Assembly: GCA_964607485.1 (NCBI GenBank)
Contig: CAZSKP010000039.1
Coordinates: forward strand, 1-41,334
Direction: 5' to 3'
Length of the DNA stretch: 41,334 nt
Source of the DNA: an uncultured bacterium
Lineage (GTDB): Bacteria; Abyssobacteria; SURF-5
Of the stretch, positions 1 through 9,190 are shown piece after piece (position 1 is the first letter of the stretch; the number at the start of each line of letters is the position of its first letter). The notes below the pieces were generated by a model. It did no database searches. It saw nothing but the letters and a program-made list of their open reading frames with translations, and had not been told where the DNA came from. The position numbers and the translations under genes are program-made.

Positions 1-1
1 G

Positions 2-124
2 GTGTACGTGCACGGCGAAATCTGGAACGCTCGCAGCGTAAGCCCTATTAGCAGGGGCGCCAAGATAAAGGTCGTAAGCGTAGATGGGATGACCGTGGTC
101 GTCGAAGACAACCGGGAGGGTTGA
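2..124 (+). CDS. nfeD: NfeD-family protein, C-terminal fragment (5' end outside the window)
   Basis: Frame 2 reads VYVHGEIWNARSVSPISRGAKIKVVSVDGMTVVVEDNREG* (TGA 122-124), the typical NfeD C-terminal GE.W.A pattern; lies directly upstream of a slipin gene, the usual pairing. Confidence 0.85.
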   Translation: MYVHGEIWNARSVSPISRGAKIKVVSVDGMTVVVEDNREG

Positions 125-184
125 TAACCACGACGCAGGCAAACGCACCACAGGCCCAGTCTGAACAAAGGGGAGGATACGCAA

Positions 185-958
185 ATGCCAGTCGGAGTAG
201 TTGTACTAATAGTGGTTCTGTACATTCTTAGCTGCGTCCGCATATTGAACGAATACGAACGCGGCGTGGTGTTCAGGCTCGGGCGGGTGTTGCCCCAGCC
301 GAAGGGGCCTGGGATCATAATGGTGTTCTGGCCGATCGACCGGATGGTGCGCGTCAGCCTGCGCCTGCTCGCGCTCGATGTACCGCCGCAGGATGTCATC
401 ACGCGCGACAACGTGTCGATCAAGGTGAATGCCGTCGCCTACTTCCGCGTGATGGAGCCGATCAAGTCCATCATTGAGGTGGAGAACTACATGTTTGCCA
501 CGTCGCAGATGGCACAGACCACCCTGCGGAGCGTGCTCGGCCAGGCTGACCTCGATGAACTGCTGTCCCACCGAGACAAGATCAACCATGAATTGCAGGA
601 AATCCTCGATCGTCAGACCGACCCCTGGGGAATCAAGGTGTCCAACGTCGAGGTGAAACACGTCGATCTGCCGCAGGAGATGCAGCGCGCAATGGCCAAG
701 CAGGCCGAAGCCGAGCGCGAGCGTCGCGCCAAGGTCATCAACGCCGAGGGCGAGTTCCAGGCCGCGCAACGCCTCGTCGATGCCGCCACCATGATGGAGG
801 TCCACCCGATGGCGCTCCAGATGCGGTTCCTGCAGACGCTCTCGGAGGTCGCCTCGGAGAACAACTCCACGACCCTCTTCCCGGTTCCGCTCGACCTGTT
901 CAGGCCGTTCTTCACCGCTGAGTTCAAGGAATCTCTGAAACAGCCTAAACAGGAGTAA
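185..958 (+). CDS. SPFH/band-7 slipin (stomatin-like) membrane protein
   Basis: N-terminal hydrophobic segment, [65 protein letters not shown] upstream. Confidence 0.95.
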   Translation: MPVGVVVLIVVLYILSCVRILNEYERGVVFRLGRVLPQPKGPGIIMVFWPIDRMVRVSLRLLALDVPPQDVITRDNVSIKVNAVAYFRVMEPIKSIIEVENYMFATSQMAQTTLRSVLGQADLDELLSHRDKINHELQEILDRQTDPWGIKVSNVEVKHVDLPQEMQRAMAKQAEAERERRAKVINAEGEFQAAQRLVDAATMMEVHPMALQMRFLQTLSEVASENNSTTLFPVPLDLFRPFFTAEFKESLKQPKQE

Positions 959-1051
959 CCGGGTACTTCCGGCACGATGCGGCTATGTGTCTTCGCTCAA
1001 GATGGAGGAGCGGGCTGGGAGGCTACCCGACGCTTAAGGTCAATTGCGGTG

Positions 1052-1447
1052 ATGACCCATGTCAAACCGAGCCTCGATGATTTTTCTGAGCTGTTGCCGG
1101 TCATTTTCAGCGCGGCTGCATTGCTTGCCGTTGAGGTGGCGAACCGTTTGCTGAGAAAGAGAACGGGAACGGCCTTGCTCGATGCAGTAATGCGGGGCGA
1201 CGTCGATATGGTGAAGACATTGCTGGCGAGGCGCGCGCACGTGAACGCGAAGGACGAATATTCGGGCAGGACACCGCTGATCATGGCGGCGGCGACCGGT
1301 CACACAGAAATTGTCAAACTCCTGCTGGCGAGAGGAGCCGATGTGACCCAGAAGGACATGGAGGGGTGGACGGCTCTCCGGTACGCGGCGGAATACGACT
1401 ATAAGGAAATAGTATCCCTGCTCATGGAAGCCGGCGCCGAGGAATAG
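1052..1447 (+). CDS. Small ankyrin-repeat protein with an N-terminal hydrophobic segment (start 1052 or 977)
   Basis: Ankyrin motifs GTALLDAV..GDVDMVKTLL, GRTPLIMAAATGHTEIVKLLL, GWTALRYAA...EIVSLL. Confidence 0.85.
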   Translation: MTHVKPSLDDFSELLPVIFSAAALLAVEVANRLLRKRTGTALLDAVMRGDVDMVKTLLARRAHVNAKDEYSGRTPLIMAAATGHTEIVKLLLARGADVTQKDMEGWTALRYAAEYDYKEIVSLLMEAGAEE

Positions 1448-1496
1448 CCGGACCAGCGGGAAACATCCTAAAGAAGGTCGGCGTCGAAACGGTGCC

Positions 1497-1676
1497 TATC
1501 TCATTCACTTTCCTCTCTCGCCAGTGGTGTTCTATCCTGAATATGCAGAAAATCCGAATACCCGAGGGGAGACGATCAGGAAAGTGAGGATTGAAGAGCT
1601 TGGTGAGCTGGTTAGGGTAAACGAAATGACTGTGATCAACTGGGAGCTTGGAAATCGAAGGCCATGGAACTCTTAA
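1497..1676 (+). pseudogene. Degenerate XRE/Cro-family helix-turn-helix gene remnant (not in ORF track)
   Basis: One frame reads YLIHFPLSPVVFYPEYAENPNTRGETIRKVRIEELGELVRVNEMTVINWELGNRRPWNS*; GETIRK.R and V.E.TVINWE.G.R.P match XRE HTH, but the usual linker between helices 1 and 2 appears missing and there is no ATG with an RBS. Confidence 0.6.
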
Positions 1677-1850
1677 GAAGTGAAAACGAATGCTTACCCT
1701 TGCATCCAAAGGCAAAGTGAAGAATGCTGGTAGAAGTTGTACCCTGAGAGAAAGAGAAAAGTCAAGCTTTCGCCACCGAAAAGAAAAACCACTCGCTGGT
1801 TCTGCAAACGAATGACTTCCAAAAGGACGCTTCTGAACAGCTCATTATCT

Positions 1851-3608
1851 CTACTCCTTCATAAACGACCACACTTCATCGCTTGTGATGATGGTCATTG
1901 GCTCAACATCCAAGTCCGCCCCACGCACTCGCCAGTAGACCCGCCTGCCAGATGGAACTGCATTCCATACTGAACTGGGCATCGTCCAGGTTGCGGGGGA
2001 GATAACCGGACTAGTCCATAGCTGAACCAGGCCTGGAATACGAAAATCCACCACAAAGGCATTGTTTGAGCCCCCATCGACATCCCAAGCAAAAGTAGGT
2101 GGTGAATTCAATATCGATAAGTCAGCTGGAGATATCAGACTGATTTGTGTCAGATTAGGTATGACTGTCAGCTCAACCGATATTTGCTGCGGATCGGTTG
2201 TCGCATATTTGTCAGTGATCGTAATCGTGGCATAGTGGGTACCCACTCCCAGCGAAGAGGTATCATAGACGACGTCATTTCTATCGGTCTCATCTGTTGC
2301 TTCGCCGTTGGTCGGTATGCAGTACAGCCAATCCGAATCATCAGTTATTGAATAGAAGAGTGTGCCACTTCCTGAATTCCATACATCGAAGGTCTGGGGC
2401 GGCGCATCCTGTCCTTGCAGACAGGAGTTGACTAGGGTAGAAGGACCCAACGCAATTTCGGGAGGATAGTATTCATCAGAACCTACATCATGCGCCAAAT
2501 CGTTAGGTCGAGTCTCGCCGTCAATATCCTGCAAAACGCTCGTGCTCGTTCCCCGGTCAATACACGGAGAGTTACCCCTCAAATGAAAATCTCCATTGCT
2601 GACAAATCTCGGACGGTCCGTAACACTTGAACCGAAATTGCCGGGGCCCCATACAAGCACACCGTCTTCTTCCACATAAACGCCCAGGGCCTCATTCTGA
2701 ACATCGCTATAGCTGACATCAAGAGCTCCGTCGATATAAATTGCCGCCTGATCTCCAAATGTGGGAACGGAATTGCCCCAGAGGATGCAATTAACAACGG
2801 TCACCGAAGACAGCGTGTGACACATTATTCCGCCTCCCCAGCCTTCTGTGGAAGTGTTTCCGGCAATTGTGCAATTGGTCAGAGTTGCAGTGGCGTCATA
2901 GCAATCGACGCCTCCGCCGTTGTAGCTGATCGTATTGCCCGTAATCGAGCAATTTCTGATGGTCGGCGCAGAGGAATAAAAGACATCTATACCACCGCCG
3001 GTTTCTGCCGAATTGTCGCTTATGTAACAGCCGTCGATCATGGGACTTGAGGACATCCCGCAATACACACCTCCGCCGGCATCGGCATAGTTCCGCCTTA
3101 TTATGCAGCCGAAAATGGCAGGCGAGGAATTGTTCAGGCACGATATCCCGCCGCCACTGCTTTCTGCCACATTGTTCATGATTACGCAGTTGCTTATGGT
3201 GGGAGATGCATTATCACAACGTATGCCGCCGCCGACAAACGGAGTATATGTCGTTACATCGCCATTTATGATTGCAAAACCGGTCAGCAGCGACGTGTTA
3301 GTCTCCCCGCTATGAAAATTGAAACCCCTTCCGTCGTTCTCGCAGTCAATGATACAGTTTTTCGGGACGCTCTCGGACCGCAGAGTTATCGCTTTACCGC
3401 CAAAATCCAGGTTCTTGTTGTTCGCTCCGGTGTATTTGCCGTCACGAACTATGATAGTGTCGCCGTTTGCTGCTGCATTTAATGCCGGTTGAATCTCGGT
3501 GAAGTCTTCAGTTCCATCGTGATTCACATAATAAGTCGCTGCAATCGCTGGGGAGGCAATCAGCATGAACACCATAGGGATGAATAGAAACAGAAAAATC
3601 CTTTTCAT
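1851..3608 (-). CDS. Secreted right-handed parallel beta-helix (pectin-lyase-like) protein with C-terminal BACON/Ig-like domain
   Basis: Sec signal ending AIA-A; IQPALNAAANGDTIIVRDGKY; repeated GGGI.C...SP.I.NC.I..N; DFHLRGNSPCIDRG/DIDGETRP; FDVWNSGSGTL.YSI..DSDWL; RBS GAGGAGGGAG. Confidence 0.85.
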   Translation of the reverse strand: MKRIFLFLFIPMVFMLIASPAIAATYYVNHDGTEDFTEIQPALNAAANGDTIIVRDGKYTGANNKNLDFGGKAITLRSESVPKNCIIDCENDGRGFNFHSGETNTSLLTGFAIINGDVTTYTPFVGGGIRCDNASPTISNCVIMNNVAESSGGGISCLNNSSPAIFGCIIRRNYADAGGGVYCGMSSSPMIDGCYISDNSAETGGGIDVFYSSAPTIRNCSITGNTISYNGGGVDCYDATATLTNCTIAGNTSTEGWGGGIMCHTLSSVTVVNCILWGNSVPTFGDQAAIYIDGALDVSYSDVQNEALGVYVEEDGVLVWGPGNFGSSVTDRPRFVSNGDFHLRGNSPCIDRGTSTSVLQDIDGETRPNDLAHDVGSDEYYPPEIALGPSTLVNSCLQGQDAPPQTFDVWNSGSGTLFYSITDDSDWLYCIPTNGEATDETDRNDVVYDTSSLGVGTHYATITITDKYATTDPQQISVELTVIPNLTQISLISPADLSILNSPPTFAWDVDGGSNNAFVVDFRIPGLVQLWTSPVISPATWTMPSSVWNAVPSGRRVYWRVRGADLDVEPMTIITSDEVWSFMKE

Positions 3609-3847
3609 AACTCCCTCCTCCTCGTCCGAAAAAGAGACCTTGCGCTATATATATCAATAAAGATAAGAGTCTGTCAATTGGTCAAGTTTGGATTTGGTCT
3701 CTGAAGTTACTGCCTATCTCTCTCTCACGGCTATTCGATGTGGGGGATATGGATATTCCATATATCTGCAGGTAAAGGTTCTGCTGGGCATCCGTGATCT
3801 CAATAGTCGCGTTCACAATGATTGCGCAAATCGCAGAGGTCCGCCGA

Positions 3848-3877
3848 TTGACTTTCTCCTGCCGTGTCTGTTAGTAT
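3848..3877 (+). promoter_or_regulatory. Putative sigma70 promoter of the ligase-dehydratase pair
   Basis: TTGACT (3848-3853), 18 nt, TAGTAT (3872-3877) with extended -10 TG. Confidence 0.45.
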
Positions 3878-3960
3878 TGGAGCGGTAGAGGCGATATTTC
3901 CTCCCTTGTCCTTCCGTATCTGCCCTCATCAAAACGACTGACGAATCGGGGGTGTAATCC

Positions 3961-5607
3961 GTGGGAATCGAACTCAATATGATGATACTCGGCCACGTCA
4001 TCCAGATGAAGGCCGAATCGGCGCCGGACAAGAAATGCCTGATATTCGAGCGAGACCAAAACCCTGACGTACACCTGACCTATGCCGACCTGTGGCGCAA
4101 CACGAATAAGGTAGCCGCAATGTTGCAGAAACAGGGTGTCGGGAAGGGCGACAAGTTTGCCATCATGATGCGGAACCATCCCGAATTCCTCTATTCGATG
4201 ACGGCGGGGACGCTGACCGGCGCGATATCGGTGCCCATCGACCCGCGCACAAAGGGGCGGAAGCTTAAATATTACCTGAGCAACTCCGAGGCGAAGGTCG
4301 TGATAATAACCGCCGACATGATTCCGACGGTTGAAGAAATCATTCGAGACCTGCCGCAGGTGAAAGCGGTGTATGTGAGTTACATGCCGTGGGAGGAAAA
4401 GGGGTCGAAGTATCCCGCGCTCAACGAGGTGCTCGATGGACCCGACGAATACGTGGGCAACCACCTCGAAGACCCAATGCACCCGATGGAGATCATTTAC
4501 ACCTCCGGCACGACCGGCGACCCTAAAGGCGTCGTGTGCGCCAACAACCGGATAGCGCAGTACGCGCTCATGGCGCAGATGGTGTGGCAGTACCAGGAGG
4601 ACGATATCCTCTACACCGGCCTCTCGCTCACGCACGGCAACGCACAGGCGGTGACGGTCATGCCGGGGCTGGTGTTGGAGAGGCTCACCGTGCTGAGCGA
4701 GCGATTCACAAAGCGCCGACTGTGGGACATCTGCCGCAAGTTCGGCTGCACGACGTTCTCGCTCCTCGGCGGCATGGCCACGGGCATTTACAGCGAACCC
4801 GAGAAACCCGACGACGCTGACAACCCGGTGAGGTTCGTCATCAGCGCGGGCATGCCGCGCGCCATCTGGGAGGCGTTCGAAAAGCGGTTCAACGTGAAGA
4901 TTCTCGAATGGTACGCCGCAGTCGAGGGCGGGTTTGCATACAAACCCATCGGCGAAGGACCGGTCGGCTCGTTCGGCAAACCCCTCGAGTCGCTGCTCGA
5001 GATGAAGATAGTGGACGAGAGCGACAATGAGTGTCCGCCGCACGTAATCGGCGAGATCGTGGCGAGGCCGGCCACCGGCGAACCCGCGCAGGTAGAGTAC
5101 TACAAGAATCCCGACGCCTCGAAGAAAAAGGTGCGCGGCGGATGGCTTCGCAGCGGAGACATGGGTCACACCGACGAGGGCGGCTGGCTCTTTTTCGATT
5201 ACCGCAAGGGCGGGGGCATACGGCACAACGGCGACTTCGTGCATCCCGATTTTGTGGAGAAGGTCGTCGCCGAGCATCCCGACGTGAACGAGGTGGCCGT
5301 GTACGGAGTTCCGGCCGCCAGCGGAGCGCCGGGTGAGAAAGACGTGGTGGCGGCCATTGTCCCGTTCGACCGTTCGAAGGTGGACCTGGCGTCGATTTAC
5401 GATAAATGCCGCAAGGAACTCGAATCCAACTTCGTGCCATCGTACGTGCAGGTGCTCGACGAAATTCCCAAGACCATCTCCGAGAAGCCGCAGGAACGGT
5501 TCCTCATCGAGATGTTCGAGAAAGACAAGGACAGCGTGTACACGGAGAAACAGGTAAAGAGCGGAGGGGGAAAAGGGAAAAAGGGGAAGAGGGGCAAAGG
5601 GAAGTAG
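3961..5607 (+). CDS. ATP-dependent acyl-CoA ligase, CaiC-like AMP-binding protein
   Basis: YTSGTTGDPKG, EWYAAVEGG, GWLRSGDMG, IPKTISEKPQ; GTG start with RBS GGGGGTG. Confidence 0.9.
   Translation: MGIELNMMILGHVIQMKAESAPDKKCLIFERDQNPDVHLTYADLWRNTNKVAAMLQKQGVGKGDKFAIMMRNHPEFLYSMTAGTLTGAISVPIDPRTKGRKLKYYLSNSEAKVVIITADMIPTVEEIIRDLPQVKAVYVSYMPWEEKGSKYPALNEVLDGPDEYVGNHLEDPMHPMEIIYTSGTTGDPKGVVCANNRIAQYALMAQMVWQYQEDDILYTGLSLTHGNAQAVTVMPGLVLERLTVLSERFTKRRLWDICRKFGCTTFSLLGGMATGIYSEPEKPDDADNPVRFVISAGMPRAIWEAFEKRFNVKILEWYAAVEGGFAYKPIGEGPVGSFGKPLESLLEMKIVDESDNECPPHVIGEIVARPATGEPAQVEYYKNPDASKKKVRGGWLRSGDMGHTDEGGWLFFDYRKGGGIRHNGDFVHPDFVEKVVAEHPDVNEVAVYGVPAASGAPGEKDVVAAIVPFDRSKVDLASIYDKCRKELESNFVPSYVQVLDEIPKTISEKPQERFLIEMFEKDKDSVYTEKQVKSGGGKGKKGKRGKGK
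5567..5606 (+). repeat. Period-8 purine tandem repeat overlapping the ligase 3' end
   Basis: GGGGAAAA GGGAAAAA GGGGAAGA GGGGCAAA GGGAAGTA. Confidence 0.7.
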
Positions 5608-5650
5608 CACCTCAGACCAAAGCGGTTGCTTTCCCTTATCTGTTAATTCC

Positions 5651-5672
5651 AACCCTGAACCCTGAACCTGAG
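5651..5672 (+). repeat. Heptamer tandem repeat AACCCTG
   Basis: AACCCTG AACCCTG AACCTG AG between the two genes. Confidence 0.6.
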
Positions 5673-5682
5673 CGAAACGAAC

Positions 5683-6933
5683 ATGAAAGCCGCGAGTTCG
5701 AAAAAGAGGCTGCGCATCTCGAAGGAATTGTGGAGGATTGTGCCTCAATATTTCGCCGAGGCACATGCCGCGAAGTCGGAGGGGAAGCTCGTCGGCTGGA
5801 TGCCCCCGATGAACGGCGCAATCGAGGTCTTTCGCGCCATGGACATCGTTCCCGTGATGCCCGAGAATTGGTCGCCCGTGTGCGCGGCCACGGGGCTTGC
5901 GCCCGAATGCATGGAGGCCGCGGAGCGCATGGGCTATTCGCGCGACCTGTGCGGCTACTTGCGGAACGCCATCGGGTATGTCCACGAGGGGATGAAGAAG
6001 CCCGACCAGCCTTTAGGCGGCCTGCCCGCACCCGACCTGATAATCTCGTTCGGCGGCGGATGCGTCCCCGCGATGAAGATATTCCAGGCGTTCGCCGAAC
6101 ACTTCAAGGTGCCCACCTTTCTGGCCGACGGCCCGCAAATACCTCCGGAAGGAATCACGGACGAAGTTATCTCCTTCGCGTGCGATCACTTTTGGGAACT
6201 GATACATTTCCTCGAGGACCTGACCGGCAAGAAGCTCGACATGGACAGGCTGAAAGAAGTCGTGCGCCTGTCCGACCGCGCATGCGAGCTGTGGGACGAG
6301 ATAATGGACTACCGTCGCTTCGTGCCTTCGCCATTCAGCGCGGCGGAAATCGGCGTGATGTTCGTGATGGTCGTTCTGCCCGGCACACAGGAGGCCGTTG
6401 ATTTCCTCGAGAAGTTCAAAGAGGAAGTTAAAGAGCGTACCGAGCAGGGCATCGGCTGCGTGCCGGAGGAACGGTTCCGACTGTTCTGGGACAACATTCC
6501 GCTGTGGTACAACATGGGGCTGCTGAATTACTTCGAGAAGTTCGGGGCCGTCGTCGTCGCCGAAACCTATTCCGCCGCATGGTCCATCAGGCTCGACCCC
6601 GAAAAGCCCATCGAAAGCCTGGCGGTCAAAAGCATGCTTTCCTTCCCGCTCGTCTCGAACGTCTCGATGAAGAAACGCATCGACATGGTGCTCGACGCTT
6701 GCCGCAAGTATAAAATAGACGGCGCGATACTCCACTCGAATAAGAGCTGCAAGCCCATCTCGCTCGGCCAGATGGATTTGAGGCGCGCGCTGATGGACGA
6801 GCTCGAAGTGCCGAGCGTCATGTTCGAGGCCGACCACATGGACGTTCGCAACTGGAACGAGGCGCAGGTGAAGAATCGCCTCGATGCGTTCATGGACATG
6901 CTCGAGCAGCGCAAGTTTGGCGCGGTCCCCTAA
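5683..6933 (+). CDS. 2-hydroxyacyl-CoA dehydratase subunit (HgdA/HadB/BcrB-BadE family)
   Basis: PENWS, GYSRDLCGY, GGLPAPD, GGCVP, FLEDLTGKKLDMDRL, RLFWDNIPLW, DGAILHSNKSCKP, FEADHMD.R...Q...RLDAF; three Cys suited to a [4Fe-4S] site. Confidence 0.9.
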   Translation: MKAASSKKRLRISKELWRIVPQYFAEAHAAKSEGKLVGWMPPMNGAIEVFRAMDIVPVMPENWSPVCAATGLAPECMEAAERMGYSRDLCGYLRNAIGYVHEGMKKPDQPLGGLPAPDLIISFGGGCVPAMKIFQAFAEHFKVPTFLADGPQIPPEGITDEVISFACDHFWELIHFLEDLTGKKLDMDRLKEVVRLSDRACELWDEIMDYRRFVPSPFSAAEIGVMFVMVVLPGTQEAVDFLEKFKEEVKERTEQGIGCVPEERFRLFWDNIPLWYNMGLLNYFEKFGAVVVAETYSAAWSIRLDPEKPIESLAVKSMLSFPLVSNVSMKKRIDMVLDACRKYKIDGAILHSNKSCKPISLGQMDLRRALMDELEVPSVMFEADHMDVRNWNEAQVKNRLDAFMDMLEQRKFGAVP

Positions 6934-6995
6934 GAACTCCCTGACCTTAAGTGGACCTCTTTACAAAATAAGATGACGTATTTGAACCGCCACGC

Positions 6996-7023
6996 GTAGG
7001 GGCGCACGGCCGTGCGCCCTCAC
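6996..7023. repeat. GTAG-type REP-like palindrome between convergent genes
   Basis: GTAG followed by the perfect 20-bp palindrome GGGCGCACGGCCGTGCGCCC (7000-7019), then TCAC. Confidence 0.75.
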
Positions 7024-7072
7024 AGATGCTTGTATTAAACAAGTGTCCAGCCGGTGGACTTCTTGTGCTTCT

Positions 7073-7966
7073 TCACAGGTAAGCGGAGAATGCGCTGGCG
7101 ATGCTGGTCCAGGGGTACTCTCTCAGCAGGGTCAGGATTTTGTGTCGCGCCGTTCGTCGTCCAACGTTGTTGAAGAATCTCTCGGCGGGGGAGAGGTCGA
7201 TCTTGATGTGCTTTGTGTCGATATCGCTCGGATGGAAGTACAACATGAAGGAACGCCGCCTGGTGCGGGTCATCGATATGAATCGTTCTTGGAGCATCAA
7301 CGGCAGCACGCGAAGATAGAATCCCCCGCCGAACGGAATCCTCAGCCTCCCGAATTCCATCATCGGCGTGGGTATCTCGAGCAGTCGATTGCCGCCCCGG
7401 GTCGTAATCCGGCACGGATGCGCGGGGAAATTTCGCACGCCGTACATGTAGTTCTTTACGGGAAAGATGCTCGAATCGTATAGGAACCCCTCTTCGCAGA
7501 TGACGTCCAACGCCCACGGATTCTTTTCGGTTATCGATGAAGAGGGCGCCCTGAATCCCACGGGCCTCTTCCCGGTCTGAGAGCCTATCGTCTCGATAGC
7601 TTTTCTCAAACCTTCACGAAACTTGTCGGAACTCAGGTTGTACACCAGCTCGTGCGTGTCACCGTGACATGCTACCTCGTGACCTTCACGGTGGATGGCG
7701 CGGACCAACTGAGGATGTTTCATTGCGACGCAGCCCAACACGAAGAATGTCGCTTTCGAGCCGGTCTTGGCCAATATCTCGAGGATGTACATGGTGTTGT
7801 CGTACACCGTGCTTACACTCGTGTCTATTCGGGACCAATCGGCACTCGTGTAGTTGACGTGATACCACTCCTCCACGTCCACCGTGAGCACGTTTCCGGG
7901 CAGGCCGGCCTCATCCAGCAGGACGATTTCTTGGATGTCAAGAGGTTTCTTCGCTTCTTTTCTCAA
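7073..7966 (-). CDS. Polysaccharide deacetylase (CE4/NodB with DUF3473-type C-terminus); start uncertain
   Basis: TVDVEEWY, KATFFVLG, GHEVACHG.TH, GFRAPS, YDSSIFP, PFGGGFYLR, YFHP.DID. Confidence 0.9.
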   Translation of the reverse strand: MRKEAKKPLDIQEIVLLDEAGLPGNVLTVDVEEWYHVNYTSADWSRIDTSVSTVYDNTMYILEILAKTGSKATFFVLGCVAMKHPQLVRAIHREGHEVACHGDTHELVYNLSSDKFREGLRKAIETIGSQTGKRPVGFRAPSSSITEKNPWALDVICEEGFLYDSSIFPVKNYMYGVRNFPAHPCRITTRGGNRLLEIPTPMMEFGRLRIPFGGGFYLRVLPLMLQERFISMTRTRRRSFMLYFHPSDIDTKHIKIDLSPAERFFNNVGRRTARHKILTLLREYPWTSIASAFSAYL

Positions 7967-8303
7967 GTTGCTCCAGCTTCCATTGCAGTATCCCGATCTG
8001 CTGGCTGAGCACCTCTTTTTCGCGCTCGTGCTTCGATGTTATCACGGTCAGGTAGAGGAGCAGGCCGACGCAGAACAGCATTCCGGTCAGGAAAAACAGG
8101 GAGGGCTCATACCATATCCCCAGCGCGTGCGCGGCTCTCGTCCACAGGGAGCGCCAGAAAGTGAGTATGAGCACGAGCGCGCTCGTGACAAACCATATCA
8201 TCCCGAGCTGGTCCTTCAGTTTCTGTCGTCGTATCAGCTCGAACACGAATAGCGTCAGCAGTATGGCGCACGCCTTCACAACGAGCAGTACGGGCTGGGT
8301 CAT
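7938..8303 (-). CDS. DUF2304-family small membrane protein
   Basis: Three hydrophobic helices, LIRRQKLK, ALGIWYEPSLFF, C-terminal coil LSQQIGIL; standard GT2 neighbour. Confidence 0.85.
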   Translation of the reverse strand: MTQPVLLVVKACAILLTLFVFELIRRQKLKDQLGMIWFVTSALVLILTFWRSLWTRAAHALGIWYEPSLFFLTGMLFCVGLLLYLTVITSKHEREKEVLSQQIGILQWKLEQLEKRSEETS

Positions 8304-8319
8304 CTTCTCACTCCTTCTC

Positions 8320-9039
8320 TTATTTTCTCAGAAGCGAAACAAACGAGACCGTGGTAACCTTGAGCGCATAGTATATTGACTTCGCCCAATCGATCGAGGA
8401 CCTGCCTCCTTGTCTTTCTTTCATCGCGATTGGGACTTCCTTCACCGTGAATCCCTTTTTCAAAATGGTCACCAGCGCCTCCACCTCGGGGTAGTCGGAA
8501 GCATATTCTCTGCAATACTGGGCTATCAATCGGCGATTCATCGCCTGAAAACCCGAGGTCGGGTCGGAAATCCTCTTCTTGAAAAGCAGCGAGATGAGAA
8601 AAGAAAACCACGCGATGCCCAGCCGCCTGAGCGCGGAGGTCTGATACCCCAGGTCGCTCATGAACCTGGAGCCGATACAGAGGTCGGTTTCGTCCGACAG
8701 CACCGGCTGCAAGATGTCGCCGATAAAGGAGGCGGGATGCTGGCCGTCGGCATCCAATCGAACGAGGGCGTGATAATCCAATTCGAGCCCGAACTGGAAG
8801 CCGGTCTGCAGCGCCACACCGATGCCGCCGTTGAGCGGCAGCCTGATGACCTGCGCGCCCTTCTGCTTCGCGACGGACGATGTGTCGTCGGTTGAACCGT
8901 CGTCCACAACCAGTACGTCGAACTCGAAGCCGAGCGCCATCATCTCACGGCGCGCCTCGTCTATCACCTTTCCTACGTTCCCGGCTTCATTGTAAGCGGG
9001 AATCAAGACCAAAATTTTCCCAGACACGGGACCTTCCAC
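8320..9039 (-). CDS. Glycosyltransferase family 2 (DPM1-like)
   Basis: IPAYNEA, VVDDGSTD, GIGVALQTG, LDADGQH, IGSRF, DPTSGF, DYPEVE, MKERQGGRSSI. Confidence 0.92.
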   Translation of the reverse strand: MEGPVSGKILVLIPAYNEAGNVGKVIDEARREMMALGFEFDVLVVDDGSTDDTSSVAKQKGAQVIRLPLNGGIGVALQTGFQFGLELDYHALVRLDADGQHPASFIGDILQPVLSDETDLCIGSRFMSDLGYQTSALRRLGIAWFSFLISLLFKKRISDPTSGFQAMNRRLIAQYCREYASDYPEVEALVTILKKGFTVKEVPIAMKERQGGRSSIDWAKSIYYALKVTTVSFVSLLRK

Positions 9040-9190
9040 CCATCACAGGTTTTCGTGAACCGACAAATATTCGACAATGCTTGCTTTGTCGTTCGCCTCC
9101 GACCCGGCAATTAAATGTTACACCAGAGCTGACAAAGCTTTCAACAAGAGAGCCTTCGCCGCTGCTGTACTTTTTCTCGCGGCTTCCCGT

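Noticed and set aside
3871-5985. 704-aa minus-strand ORF, and similar long antisense ORFs at 14966-16549, 20029-21366, 26222-27493, 28116-29345 and 36853-38127
   Set aside because: Shadows of well-supported genes on the opposite strand in high-GC DNA; no recognisable motifs.
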